Below are positions 12,993 to 24,880 of a stretch of DNA of 64,000 nucleotides, one piece after another. The translations under genes were made by a program, and so were the position numbers. The notes under the pieces are model-generated. The model saw only the letters and a program-made list of their open reading frames with translations. It made no database searches and was not told where the DNA came from. This stretch comes from Octopus vulgaris (lineage: Eukaryota). The stretch lies in NCBI GenBank assembly GCA_951406725.2, contig OX597815.1, positions 115,816,001 through 115,880,000 of the forward strand. The letters are read 5' to 3'. The stretch's first letter is position 1. Each line of letters starts with the position of its first letter.

Positions 12993-14189
12993 AGAAAGAA
13001 AGAAGAAAGAATCTGAATAATTCTATTTTTTTTAATGGCAGACATTTTATTGTATTCAAAAGTCTCATCTCTCATATTACAATTGTAATAATACCAGTTG
13101 GTTATGGCTAATAACTTGTATAATGTGGGTGATAATGATGATGATAATGATAAAGGTGGAAATAGGTAAGTGTATGGTGGCAAGGACAAGAAGAAGAAAC
13201 AAATGAGATTTTAAATGATGACAATAAATGTAGGGAAGGTAAAGATTATGCACACCAACCATTTTTGGCAGTTAGGGTTAGGATTAGGGTTATGTTTCGG
13301 GTTAGTTTAGTATTAGGGTTATGCCAAAAACAGGTGGTGTGCATATTATTTACCTCAGCCAATAAATGTATTATTTGAAAAATACAATAATGAAATAAAT
13401 CAGTAAAAATAACTCGTTGGAGAAGAGATGTAACAGAACCCAATGAAGAATTCGAGCATGAGAAAATGAGCATTTGTAACTTACCAAGGGTGGGTGGCGG
13501 GGGTAAGCTGTTGTTGATTTTTACAAATCAGAGATAGTGGAGTCATCGTTGATAGAGTGAAGGCAGTATGCCAACTGAGACAATTGTCCCTCTGAGGTAA
13601 TCTTACTATGTCCTCGGCAGACTCAAGTTAGCTCTCAGTTTTTTGTTATATATTTTTATGTGGGAGTGGTGGTGATTGGGTAGAAATGTGTTGGAATTGT
13701 TATTGTTTTTGTGTTGTGTGAGTGAAAATGATGTGCTGAGCCCTGCATATGCGACAGATTTTTAATTGTGTTTTTGCTATCAAAGCGTTCACATATGTTT
13801 GGTGGTAGACATTAAGTAGAGTGAATCAGAAGATCTGTGGAAGAATATAACAGTAGGCCTTTTATTGTATTCAAAAGTCTTGTCTCTCATATTACAATAA
13901 ATTTAAATTTTAAGTAAACAGCTTATTGGGTATCAGTTCTCACAGGCTGGTCAAAATTCCTTCGTGGGCCATAGGTTGCCAATCCCTGATATTAAGTCAT
14001 TCAATAACCATTTTTAATTGTTCAGATTAAGAGAAACGTTTTGGGTAATTAAATCAGGATTATGTTATCTAGGTAATCAGGATTAGAATTTACTGCTCAG
14101 TAAACATAGCTACATAGCAATTCTTAACAATCAAATGCAGATTATCTTCCAAATCGCATGAAGATAGGTCACTGACACTTTTGTCTATA

Positions 14190-14736
14190 TGTCCACCTGT
14201 GCATACCTTCCTTCTTGTGACACTTGTGAAGACCTGTTGAGGCAAGTGAAAATCAAATCAAAACAAATCAAAATAGATGAACATCAATGGAATTTGTATT
14301 TTCGTGGTACCAGTGCCGGTGGCACACAAGAAAACCATCCGAACGTGGCCATAGCCAGTACCGCATCGACTGGCCTCCGTGCTGTGGGCACGTAACAAAC
14401 ACCATCCGATCGTGGCCGTTTGCCCAGCCTCATCTGGCACCTGTGTCGGTGGCACATAAAAACACCATCCGAGCGTGGCCGTCTGCCAGCCTCGTCTGGC
14501 ACCTGTGTCGGTGGCACATAAAAAACACCATCCGAGCGTGGCCGTTCGCCAGCCTCGTCTGGCACCTGTGTCGGTGGCACATAAAATCACCCACTACACT
14601 CTTGGAGTGCTTGGCGTTAGGAAGGGCATCCAGCTGTAGAAACACTGCCAGATCTGACTGGCCTGGTGCAGCTTTCGGGCTCCCCAGACCCCAGTTGAAC
14701 CGTCCAACCCATGCTAGCATGGAAAGCGGACGTTAA

Positions 14737-14768
<32 letters not shown>
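14190..14768 (+). mobile_element. Young RTE 3'-UTR-derived element with ~60-bp tandem array
   Basis: CpG-rich, near-identical units at 14395-14590, GGAAGGGCATCCAGC box, (GAT)n tail. Confidence 0.9.
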
Positions 14769-14769
<1 letters not shown>

Positions 14770-15316
14770 GAGAAATGACCACTCAACTATTAAAGATATA
14801 TTTATTGAAAAGAAAGGGAATGAAAAGAATGTCACTGTATTGAAATTGCTATTGTTAATAACAACCAGCATGAAGTAAATATCTTACAGACTGATCTCTT
14901 TGAACTTTTCTTTTATACTGTAAAACATGATATTCTATCATACGTTACCTATAAGATAATTAATACTAGGGATGGAAGAGAGTTAATCTTAAATAGTTTG
15001 AATATTTTCTCAAGGAAATATGATCATGAGCTGTTTTTAACTTCCCATGTTTCTTTCAATTCAGTTTTGAGACAAATGTCATTCAATACTTACTGACATT
15101 AATGTATGAAGTTTTCTGGAAGTTTGACTTTTGATCTATTCGCTTGCAAACAAGCTTTGCAATTATGTTTCCTTTTCTTTTCAGATTTATGTTTTCGGTT
15201 TCAACGTGTGTGTGTGTGTTATTGAGAGAAAGACTCTCACTGGTCATGAATGACTATGGGATTGCACCTAGAAAGTTCTCCTCCGAGGCACAAGTCCAGG
15301 CAAGGTTGTTCTTTCA

Positions 15317-15330
15317 TTTATATATATATG

Positions 15331-15372
<42 letters not shown>

Positions 15373-15378
15373 TATATG

Positions 15379-15428
<50 letters not shown>

Positions 15429-15444
15429 CATATATATATATATA

Positions 15445-15486
<42 letters not shown>

Positions 15487-15512
15487 TATACCAGAGTAAG
15501 CACATAAATGTA

Positions 15513-15548
<36 letters not shown>
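15317..15548. repeat. (TA)n/(TG)n compound microsatellite
   Basis: Direct reading. Confidence 0.97.
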
Positions 15549-15552
<4 letters not shown>

Positions 15553-17412
15553 ATCATCATCATTATCATTTAATGTCCATCGTCCATGCTACCTTGGGTT
15601 GGATGGTTTGACAGGAGCTGGCAAGCAAGAAAACTGTACCTGATTTTGTGTCCATTTTGGCATGGTTTTTATGGTCAGATGCCCTTCCTAATACCAACTA
15701 CCCCACAGAGTGGATTGAGTGCTTTTTACATGGCACCAGCACTGGCAGGGTCACCAAGCAACTTATAAGACAAGGAGTCTTTGAGAGGGGAGGGCGTATT
15801 AAAGGAGGCAGTCTTGAGTCAGATGATGAAAGGAGTATGACAGAAAGACAGAAACATGTGTCTTGCTGTGGAGGAAGTGTATGGTTACCCAGCCAGAGAG
15901 AGAGAGAGAGAGAGAGTTAACAAGAATGGAGGAATTCAAACCTGGCTGCCCATGGGAACAACTATACTGATGACCTCACTTTTATTCCAGAATCTGTAGC
16001 AGAGTTGGAGAAGAAATTCTAGGCATGGAAGCAAAACGTGGAATCAAAGGGGCTTAAAGTTAACCTAGCAAAGACCAAAGTTGTTGTTAGCAAGAAAGTA
16101 GATAAGACTTACTTTCTGCCAGATAAATGGCCCTGCTCAATATGTAGGAAAAGAGTGGGAAGTAATTGCATTTGCTGCACCCACTGTAAGCTATGGACAC
16201 ATAAGAGATGCAATAGAATCACAAGTAGATTAAAAGATAAGGTCACCTTCGTGTGTGACAGGTGTGCAGGAACAGTAAGCTCTAAGAGCACATGGGACTC
16301 TTTCAAATGCCCAGGAGGCTCTCTTGAGGTAGTAGAAAGTTTCTGTTACCTAGGTGACCAAATTAGCAATAGTGATGAAAGCTGTGAAAGTATTGATTCT
16401 AGAACAAGAACAGGATGGAGAAAGTTCAGAGAGCTACTACCTCTGTTGGCAACAAAAGGACTCTCCCACAAAGTAAATGGTAGATTGTATGATGCATGTG
16501 TATGAACAGCTACACTCCATAGTAGTGAGACATGGGCTCTGAATGCAGAGGACATGTATAGGCTAGAGATGAATGGAGGCAGTATGCTCTACAGGATGTG
16601 CAGCATCAGTGTGCATGAATGACAAAGCGCAAATGTGTTGAGAGAAAAGTTGGGCATAAGAGGAATCAAATGCAGCGCACAAGAGAGGAGACTACATTGG
16701 TTTGGACATGTGATGTGTATGAATGAATACAGCAGTATAAAAAAATGCCAATCACTGAAAGCAGATGGTACCTGTGAAAGAGGGAGACCCAGGAAGACAT
16801 AGGATGAAGTGGTGAGGACCAATCTCAGGATATTGGGGCTCATGGAGGAAATGACAGACTGAGATGTATGGTGATATGAGGTTATAGAGAAGACCCACCC
16901 ATATCAGCAAAACTGAGTTCTAAAAGCATTGTGTTCCACCCACATGAAACAATAAAGTTTTCACACACCCTACCCAAAAAAACTAAACTACACCTCCTCT
17001 CCTAAACTGCATCTCTTCTCTCCCTCACATTTCCTCTTTGTACACAATAATTATTTCCCACTCTCCAATCTTGTCCTCATTGCCCTGCTCACTGTCTCAT
17101 TGCTTTCCCCAATCCCTCTATTTACCCAGGTTCTCCCCAGGCACTGCATTCCCTATCCCCACTTCCTACTTGCGCCTTCTTGGCAATACCCTACCACATA
17201 TACAATGACTTCCATACCTTGAGGGTATTCCCTGGCACTTGCCACTATTTATCTCTCTCTTCCTTATTCTTCCATCCCATCTATGCTCTGATCTCCATTC
17301 CTTGTGAGTGTATCCTGGCACTTCACCACCATTTCTCTCCTGCTCTCTCTTGCACTCTTGCTGTCTCCCACTCTCTCCCTCCTTCTCTTGTTCTTCTCTC
17401 TGGCTGGGTAAC
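15553..17412. mobile_element. RTE LINE with 5' inversion: 3' UTR end on minus (15553-15915), RT plus proximal 3' UTR on plus (15918-17412)
   Basis: ORF 16038-16505 contains GLKVNLAKTKV, CSIC...C..C..WTHKRC and VESFCYLGDQI, followed by SETWAL, LHWFGHV and GRPRKT. A 17-nt overlap links the two segments. Confidence 0.9.
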
Positions 17413-17879
17413 ATTGTATCCCCTGGGTTTGTTAAAAGATGAGAACACAGAGTAAACCTTTTAAGAAATTAAGCATTGTCAGTTGTTCACAGTAAATGTT
17501 TTAAAATTCAAACTTAGGATCTACCAGCAATTTTAGATCATGATATCAATAATACTACCCAGAAAAAGATATATCAATAAATATAGTTTCTCTGAATATA
17601 TTTACCCAAGGAGTGTAACCAATGAATTATTTTTGTTTTGAAGTTAACTTTACAATTTCCTGTTGAGACATTCTTATATCAGTAAAACGTTCGCTAACAT
17701 ACTAAGTGAAATAGGCTTATCTTGTTGAGTGCAGAAGCAAGGTTATTCTACTTGATAACAAAAATTATACTGCATCCTACTTTTTAACTTTTTAACTTTT
17801 TAACTACTGATAACTTAAGGTGTGCTGTTTAATAGATTTTTAAGAGTAGAAACTGAAACTGAAAGCTGAAAATTGTATT

Positions 17880-18057
17880 GATAAGAAGCTTGCTTTGCAG
17901 CCATGTGGTTTTGGGTTCAGTCCCACTGTGCAACACCTTGGGCAAGAGTCTTCTACTATAATTCTGGATTGACTAATGTCTTGTAAGTGAATCTGGCTGG
18001 TGGAAACTGCTTGGCAGCTCAGCTCGACATCTATTTTTCTGTGTATCTATCTATCTA

Positions 18058-18093
<36 letters not shown>

Positions 18094-18360
18094 CTACATA
18101 TCAATCTATCTACCTAACTATCTATCTATCTGCATGTGTTTGTGTTTGTCCATCCATTCCCAACACATACACACACTATCTGATGACCAGTGTTGGTTTA
18201 TGTCCCCATATCTTAGTGGTTCAGAAAAAGAGATCAATAGAGTAAGTACCAGACTTTAAAAAAAAAGGTACTGGAATCGATTTCTTTGACTAAACTCTCC
18301 AAAGCTGTGCCCATCATGGTTGCATTCCAATGACTGAAACAAGTTCAAGATGAAAAAGAT
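17880..18360 (+). mobile_element. Older family-1 SINE with (TCTA/TCTG)n centre
   Basis: B-box, CORE-like motif and tail are recognisable. Confidence 0.8.
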
Positions 18361-19601
18361 ATTTAAATATTTCTGGAGCATGAACTGGGCCATCATAATA
18401 CTAATATATTTATTAAGGGTAATAAATGGTAAAAACAGTAGAGTGTTGAACTAGATGCTTTTAATAGTTTAGTTCTGATTTCATATGCTGTTAGAGCTAA
18501 CGTGCATTTTGTCCCTTTGTGGTAATTAAAATAAGTATGGATAATATACTGGGATTGACCTAACTGACATATCCCTTTTGTTTGAACTTATAACATTTTT
18601 TGTCTGTGAGATGTCAATATAATAAATGAATCAAGGATGGTATATGTCGTAAAGTAAGGACTAACCTTAAAGCATTCAAACCAGTCTTGTTTGGCCCAAG
18701 TATTCAGTCAGTTTTATGTTCAAACTAGTCAAATCTGACCACTCACACCTACCCTATACGGTCATTCTAAAAATAAACAATTGCATCACTGAAATCTTGA
18801 ACCCATAAGACAGAATTTGTTGTGGCAGATCTTCTACAGCCAGATGCCCTTTCTGTTTGCTAACCCTCATTTGTTTCAAAATAAGGTAATATTTTCCATG
18901 ATCAGACTTTTTTTCAAAGATTGGAAATGAAGGACATCACTTAAATGATGGTGACATTTGTTTACAACTATCATATGAAGTCAAAGCAAGGAGATAGTAA
19001 CACATATGCACATACACACATAATGGGTTTCTTTCAGTTTCCATTTGCTAAATCTACTCACAAGGTTTTGGTTAGCCCAAGGCTATAGTAGAAGACACTT
19101 ACCCAAGGTTCCATGCTGTGGAACTGAACCCGAGATTACATGTTGAAAAGCAAACTTACCACATAGCCATACCTGCACCTATACACAAAAACTATCTTTG
19201 CTTTTTATTTGATTTCTTCTCTGCTGTACAATTTCAACAAGAGCAAGAAGTCAAATGTTTCTAGAAACTAATCAGCACCAGTCTAATCTCCTAACATTTT
19301 TCAATACTGACTCATCTAATATGACACATGATGTATAGGTATAAGGAGCTGAACTATACATTGCTTTCTCACAAGTTTAAAGCTTACTATAACCATTATA
19401 TAGCTCACCACTTTGCTAATTGGTGATAGATAAATTGCTTTCAACTCTAAAACACAAATACAAAGCAAATATATTTGTACTATATTTGTGCACCTACCTC
19501 TGAACTTTTCTCCTGATTATGGTTCTTTTACTGTCTTTTTCTTTTTCATTGATATGCTTTTATCCTGTATCATAGTGTCAAAATTTTGAGAAGAATATCA
19601 G

Positions 19602-21107
19602 TATGTATGTATTACTGGTGTATGTATGTCATTGTATTGTTTTGTTTCAAGATTTCTTGCCAATAGAGAACCTAGATCCAAGGCTCCTTTATTGGAATTT
19701 CAACATCAACAATAGGGTATTTTTGTTTGTATGTGTGTATGCATATATGTGTGTATATATACAGATTTGTATATTTTGCTTTATGTATGTATTTTCATGC
19801 ATATAGTTGCATATCTAGACATGCTCATATATATTTAAATGATAAACTTCTGGAAAGTTTTACAGATTTTTACAGTTCCAGTGATGGATTGGATCTGTAG
19901 TCTTCGAATTAGCTTTCTCCTTTCTGGTTTTGGGAAGTCTAATTTATCAAGATTGGTATTTAGGCAGTGTGTTACATATCCCAGGGCCCCAATAATTACA
20001 GGTATAAACCTGAAGTTGTATTCTGGATAGAGTAACTGCAGATTTTTCAATAGTTCAGCATGGGTATTCTCTTTTTCACTAATGTTAACATCTGCTGGTT
20101 AGCTAATTTCTACAACTGTACACAGTTTCTCTTCTCAATCCCAAATCATTATATCAGGTCTGTTGTGCTTACATTTTATTGAGCTCTTCACTGGTACATT
20201 CTACCAGTACTCTTTTTTATTATGAGTGGCTATGGCTTCTACCATACTGTGGGTTCTTATTTCATTGTCCTTGGAGTTATCCCTCTAACAGATTTCATTA
20301 TAGAGTGTCCTAGCTACAAAATCATGTCTCATCCATGGATAATATATTGATGACATTTTTGGACAACTGCTTATGATGTGGGTAATAGCTCCAGTGTTAA
20401 CTCCACAAAGTCTGCATCGGTTGCCACATTTTACTGGGGTTTTTTTCTGCATCTCTATCCCTTTTGTGCATCAGGTACTTGGTTATATTTCCTGTTCCTG
20501 GATTGCAAATGCATACCCTTCAAAGTCGGAGGTAGTAATCCGGCTATTGGTTCATGATAGACTGCTTTGATGATAAATGTTACTATCATCATGGAGCTTT
20601 CTAGTAACATATCCATGCATAGTTTCTACTCATATAGGCTCTTCCTTTTATCTGATGATATATTGCAGTAGAGTTGTGCGACTTTTTTGGGAATGTATTC
20701 TTGGTTATCAGGCAAAGAATGTTGCTCAAGGACCTGCCTTCCAAGTCTTATGATGTTATCAGCCTCATGTATACAAATCTGGTCAAGGGATATGATACAA
20801 TATTCAAAGGTATTTTGGATTAATATTAAGCCTCTTCCATCTTGTTTTCATTTCAGGTAAAGGCAGTCTACATCACTGTTTATGTGGAAATTATGTGTGT
20901 TTGTTAGTATTGTGATATTTTTTAGTGACACGTGTTTTATTACAGGTGCCATTGTAAGATATGTTTTCATCCAGCCCTAGATACTTGTAACATTCCTCAT
21001 CAGATATAGGGGAAATAGTTAAATCGTTGATGAAGATGTTACTAGCCTGGTTTATAACTTTCCCCCTTTTCACAACCATATAACAACATTTATCCTGACC
21101 AAACTCA
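19602..21107 (-). mobile_element. 5'-truncated R4/Dong-clade non-LTR retrotransposon (RT end, CCHC, restriction-like endonuclease), copy 1
   Basis: YKYLG, FEGYAFAIQEQ, CRLCG..THIISSC, KHNRPDIMIW and FIPVIIGALG on the minus strand; inverted homologue of 26805-28385. Confidence 0.88.
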
Positions 21108-21250
21108 TGTATGTATGTATGTATGTATGTATGTATGTATGTATGTATGTATGTATGTATGTATGTGTGTATGTATGTATGGATGGAGGTATGTATGTAT
21201 GTACATATGTACGTTCGTATGTATATGCATACGTATGTATATGTATTTAT
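21107..21250. repeat. (TATG)n microsatellite
   Basis: Direct reading. Confidence 0.97.
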
Positions 21251-21839
21251 ACAAGTATTAACATGCTATCTTAAAGATGGTGTGCTGGTTTTCTTCCTCC
21301 TTAGCAGGTACTTTGAAAGGTTAATTCCTAATTCCTTGAAATTATCTCTCCTTTTTTGCAGAGGTTGTTAACAACAGCTTGCTAGGTTTTGTTTTCTTTC
21401 TCCAACTTAATAGGAAATTCCAATTGATTAGGTATTTTTACATGCAATATTCAATACACTAGTTCTTAGGTTTTTACAGAGGGATTATTTAGTCAATATT
21501 TTTGCATGGGAATAAGGAGTAAATGATGAAATAAAATCAATCTGAGTGTGTATATGACAAAGAAAAGGCTGAGAACCACTGGTATAAAGTAGAAACATTT
21601 ATAGTTGCTGTTGTTTAGTCCCAGGCCAACCATAATTAAGTAGATCTATGATGACAGCGTTCTAGCCATCACCATCCAGAGAGCTTTTCACAGGCTTTTG
21701 GTTAGCACTGGATTAGATTTTGACATAAATGTCTAACCAAGACAGAAAGAATATCTACACCATCTTAGATTTATCACAGATTTAGTAATACTTTTGATAT
21801 TGTTACCAAAGTCATCTATGATTTATCACCATCAGTCTC

Positions 21840-22250
21840 ATCATCATTTAATGTCCAAGTTCCTTGATGGCATGGGTTGAATGGGTTGAAAGGATCCAAA
21901 GGGTACAAGAACTGCATCATGTTCCTGTGTCTGCTTTGACATGGTTTCTATGGGTGGATCCCCTTTCTAATAGCAACAACTTTACAGCATGTACTGGATA
22001 CTTTATCTATGCTACCAGCAGTATTGATGTTGCCATGCAGCTTGTAGGACTATGAATGCTGGTGGAGGTGAGAAACAGCTTCACACTAGAGGAAAAGTCA
22101 TTAAAGAATGAAAGAAGCGGCAGATGTTTCAGAGCAGGTTCTTATACAGGATCTGCATGGTTACTCATATTTAGTGAGAGAAAGAGATAAGAGAAAAGAA
22201 AAATGATCAGTAGAGGGTGCAAAGAAATAGATAGTGGCGGGAAAAAATGT
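21840..22250 (-). mobile_element. Decayed RTE 3'-UTR-derived element
   Basis: Degenerate family signature after TCATCATCATTTAATGTCC. Confidence 0.6.
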
Positions 22251-22384
22251 TTTTGTAATCCAATTTGAATAATGCCAAATTGCTAAGTAAAGGTTGTTTC
22301 TCTATTTATAACATTTCTCTTATTTAGTTAAACAAGGCATTACATTGGCAAAATAATTCTCTAAATAACCTTTCTCTTTTAAAA

Positions 22385-22526
22385 TAAATAATAATAATAA
22401 AGAAATTATTGTATACAGTGCTCAAGTGCATCACAACTTGTCAAAAATGCGTATAAAGCATATGCAGTAATGTACAAATGTCTGGAAAGTGAACAGTGTA
22501 TGAGTCAGATACATGCTTGCATATGT
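22385..22526 (-). mobile_element. Inverted 3' terminus of CR1/L2-type LINE subfamily A
   Basis: Reverse complement of 24745-24870, including the (TAA)n tail. Confidence 0.85.
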
Positions 22527-23722
22527 ACTTTCTTCTGAACCAACTTTCACTATTCTTTCAATTCTGTCTTGACAATGGTGTTACTCCAGAACAGTGGAAA
22601 ACTGCCAGTGTTATTCCTCTATTCAAAAAAGGTGACTGCACATCACCTGTCAATTATCGCCCATCAGTCTTACTAGCTGCATCGCCAAACTGATAGAATC
22701 CTGTGTCAGAGAAACCCTCTGGAACTTCTGGAAGTCTCACAGCCTTGTCCAGCCATCACAATTTGGATTTATTCCTAACTCCAGCTACTGTAATCAACTA
22801 ATCGAGTTTCTTGAGGACATTACCTGAATCACTGATGGTGGCTCCTGGGTAGATGTTGTTTACTTGAACTTTGCTAAGGCTTTTAATTCTGTGCCACACA
22901 AAAGGCTTATGGTGAAACTATCTGCAATGGGTGTAAGAGATGATCTCTATAACTGGTTGAAATCCTTCATTATCAGCCAAAAAGAAGTTGTCACAGTTCT
23001 AGGACAGCACTCTTCACCCTATGAGATGATATCTTTGTGTACCACAGGGATCTGTTCTTGGCCCCCTTTTATTTGTTGCATATATTAATGACATAGATGC
23101 CAACTTAAAGAATGCCACAGTGCTGAAATATGCAGATGACATCAAGCTGTACCTCGAAATAAAGAGGACAGATCCTGTACACTATAGATCTTTATTACAA
23201 TCAGACCTGGACACAATGCAGCACTGGATCATGGACTGGCAACTCAAGCTGGCTGTGGACAAATGTACCACCATGCATTTTGGGAGGAAAAACCTAGCGT
23301 CTACTTACTCCCTCCACAACACTAATCTCAAAAAGTCTTCTTGTGAACGTGACCTGGGCATTATTGTTGACAGCGATTTGCATTGGACAAAACACATTGC
23401 TAAAATTGCCAAGAAGGCTGAGGGTGTCTTAGCATCACTCACCATGTCCTTTGTGAGCTGCTCTCCGGCTATCTATCTGAGGCTTTATATAGCTATGGTG
23501 CGACCTCACCTGGAATTTACATCACTGGTCTGGAACCCCTATCTTGCCCAGGATATTAATCGTCTGCAAACCGTTCAGCGACGTACAACCAAGAGAATAC
23601 CCTCCATCAGGTATTTGTCATATTCTGAATGCCTTACTTCCCTGGGCATGGATACATTGAAACTTTGACGTCTGGCAACTGACTTGGCAGACACCCATAA
23701 AATTATTAACCATCTTACTAAC

Positions 23723-23755
<33 letters not shown>

Positions 23756-24880
23756 TGTGTACAGTGCTCAGGTGCACTACAACTCATCTAAAGTGTATAT
23801 ATAATCAGGTGAAGTTTCGGCGGATTTCGGAAAGCATGAGGGCCTTAAAAGATGCAGTGTCATGGCAGTCAACAACTGACGCAGGCAGTTTATTCCATGC
23901 TTCAGCAACTCTGAGCGTGAAAAAATGTTTCCGAAAGTCATGGGAGCTGTATTGTTTTCTGACTTTGTAGGCATGTCCACGTGTGTTAGACACATGGAGA
24001 TCAAAAAGGTGTTCAGTGTTGTTGTTGGTGAGGTGGTTGATAACTTTGTGGGTGTTTACCAAGTCCGTCGCCAAACGCCGGAGCTTCAGTGAATCCATGC
24101 CCAGGGAAACAAGGCGCTCAGAATATGGTAGGTGTCTGATGGAGGGTATGCGTTTGGTTGCACGTCTCTGGACAGATTCCAGGAGGTCAATGTTCTGTGC
24201 AAGATAGGGGTTCCAAACTGATGATGCGAATTCCAAGTGTGGTCGTACCATAGCTGTATACAGTTTTAAATAGATGGCTGGAGAGCGGCTAACAAAAGAC
24301 CTGCTGAGTGATGCCAAGACACCCTCGGCCTTCCTGACAATCTTAGAGATATGCTTTGACCAACGCAAATCACTGCTGACAGTGATGCCTAGGTCACGCT
24401 CGCAAGAGGATTTCTTGATATCAGTGTTGTGGAGGGAGTATGTGAACGCAGGGTTTTTTCTCCCAAAATGCATGGTGGTACACTTGTCGGTACACTTGTC
24501 CACAGCCACTCTGAGCACCTTTTCAAACTCCACCTGTCTAACACCCATGGACATGTTTACAAAGTCAGAAAACAACACAGCTCCCATGACTTTCGGAAAA
24601 ATTTTTTTCATGCTAATATTTGCTGAAATATGGAACAAACTGCCGGTATGAGTTGTTAGTTGTCGGAGCACTACATCTTTCAAAACTTCCATGCTTCCTG
24701 AGATCGCCAACACCACACCTGATTTTCTCCCCTCCATACACACGCAGGCATGTATGTGACTCATATACTGTCTACTTTCCAGACATTTGTATATTACTGC
24801 ATATGCTTTATACGCCCTTTTGACAAGTTGTAGTGCACATGAGCACTGTATACAATAATTTCATTATTATTTTATTGTTA
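22527..24880 (+). mobile_element. CR1/L2-type LINE subfamily A, RT region to 3' end, split by a nested antisense insertion
   Basis: WKTASVIPLFKKGD..NYRP, NFAKAFNSVPHKRL, QGSVLGP, KYADDIKL and RDLGI. Breaks at INHLTNN (23722) and resumes at SEHLFKLH (24510); then 3' UTR and (TTA)n. Confidence 0.92.
23723..24508 (-). mobile_element. Young 5'-truncated CR1/L2-type LINE subfamily B inserted antisense into subfamily A
   Basis: Open frame from AVDKCT to SEIRRNFT* (stop 23805); short 3' UTR and (TTA)n tail at 23723-23755. Confidence 0.92.

Larger units (their letters stand above)
10537..13988 (-). mobile_element. hAT (Buster/SPIN/Charlie, GTF2IRD2-like) DNA transposon, decayed, with nested insertions
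   Basis: TIRs CAAGGGTTGGCAAC (10537) and GTTGCCAATCCCTG (ends 13988); flanks TATTAAGC / aTATTAAGT. Minus-strand motifs LICLIC, STDLSDTAQL, TDGAPAM, IHCIIH, VHWLS and C-terminal RTGLTDDYL...KKHQVSH. Confidence 0.9.

Noticed and set aside
13272-13320. True telomere or chromosome-fusion site
   Set aside because: Only ~8 degenerate units in one orientation, inside a repeat insert.
14310-14595. Repeat-spacer-like arrays (also 3795-3940, 8340-8635, 30745-30980) as CRISPR
   Set aside because: Eukaryotic context, the 'spacers' are homologous to each other, there are no cas genes, and the arrays are part of an RTE 3' UTR.
15144-15569. YI/CV/MYVC-repeat ORFs (also 21111, 27902-28658, 38385-38695, 40737-41097, 61309)
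   Set aside because: Stop-free microsatellite translations.
23805-24764. 319-aa ORF as a host gene
   Set aside because: It is a chimera of an antisense LINE 3' end and a nested LINE RT C-terminus, and lacks the catalytic YADD region.
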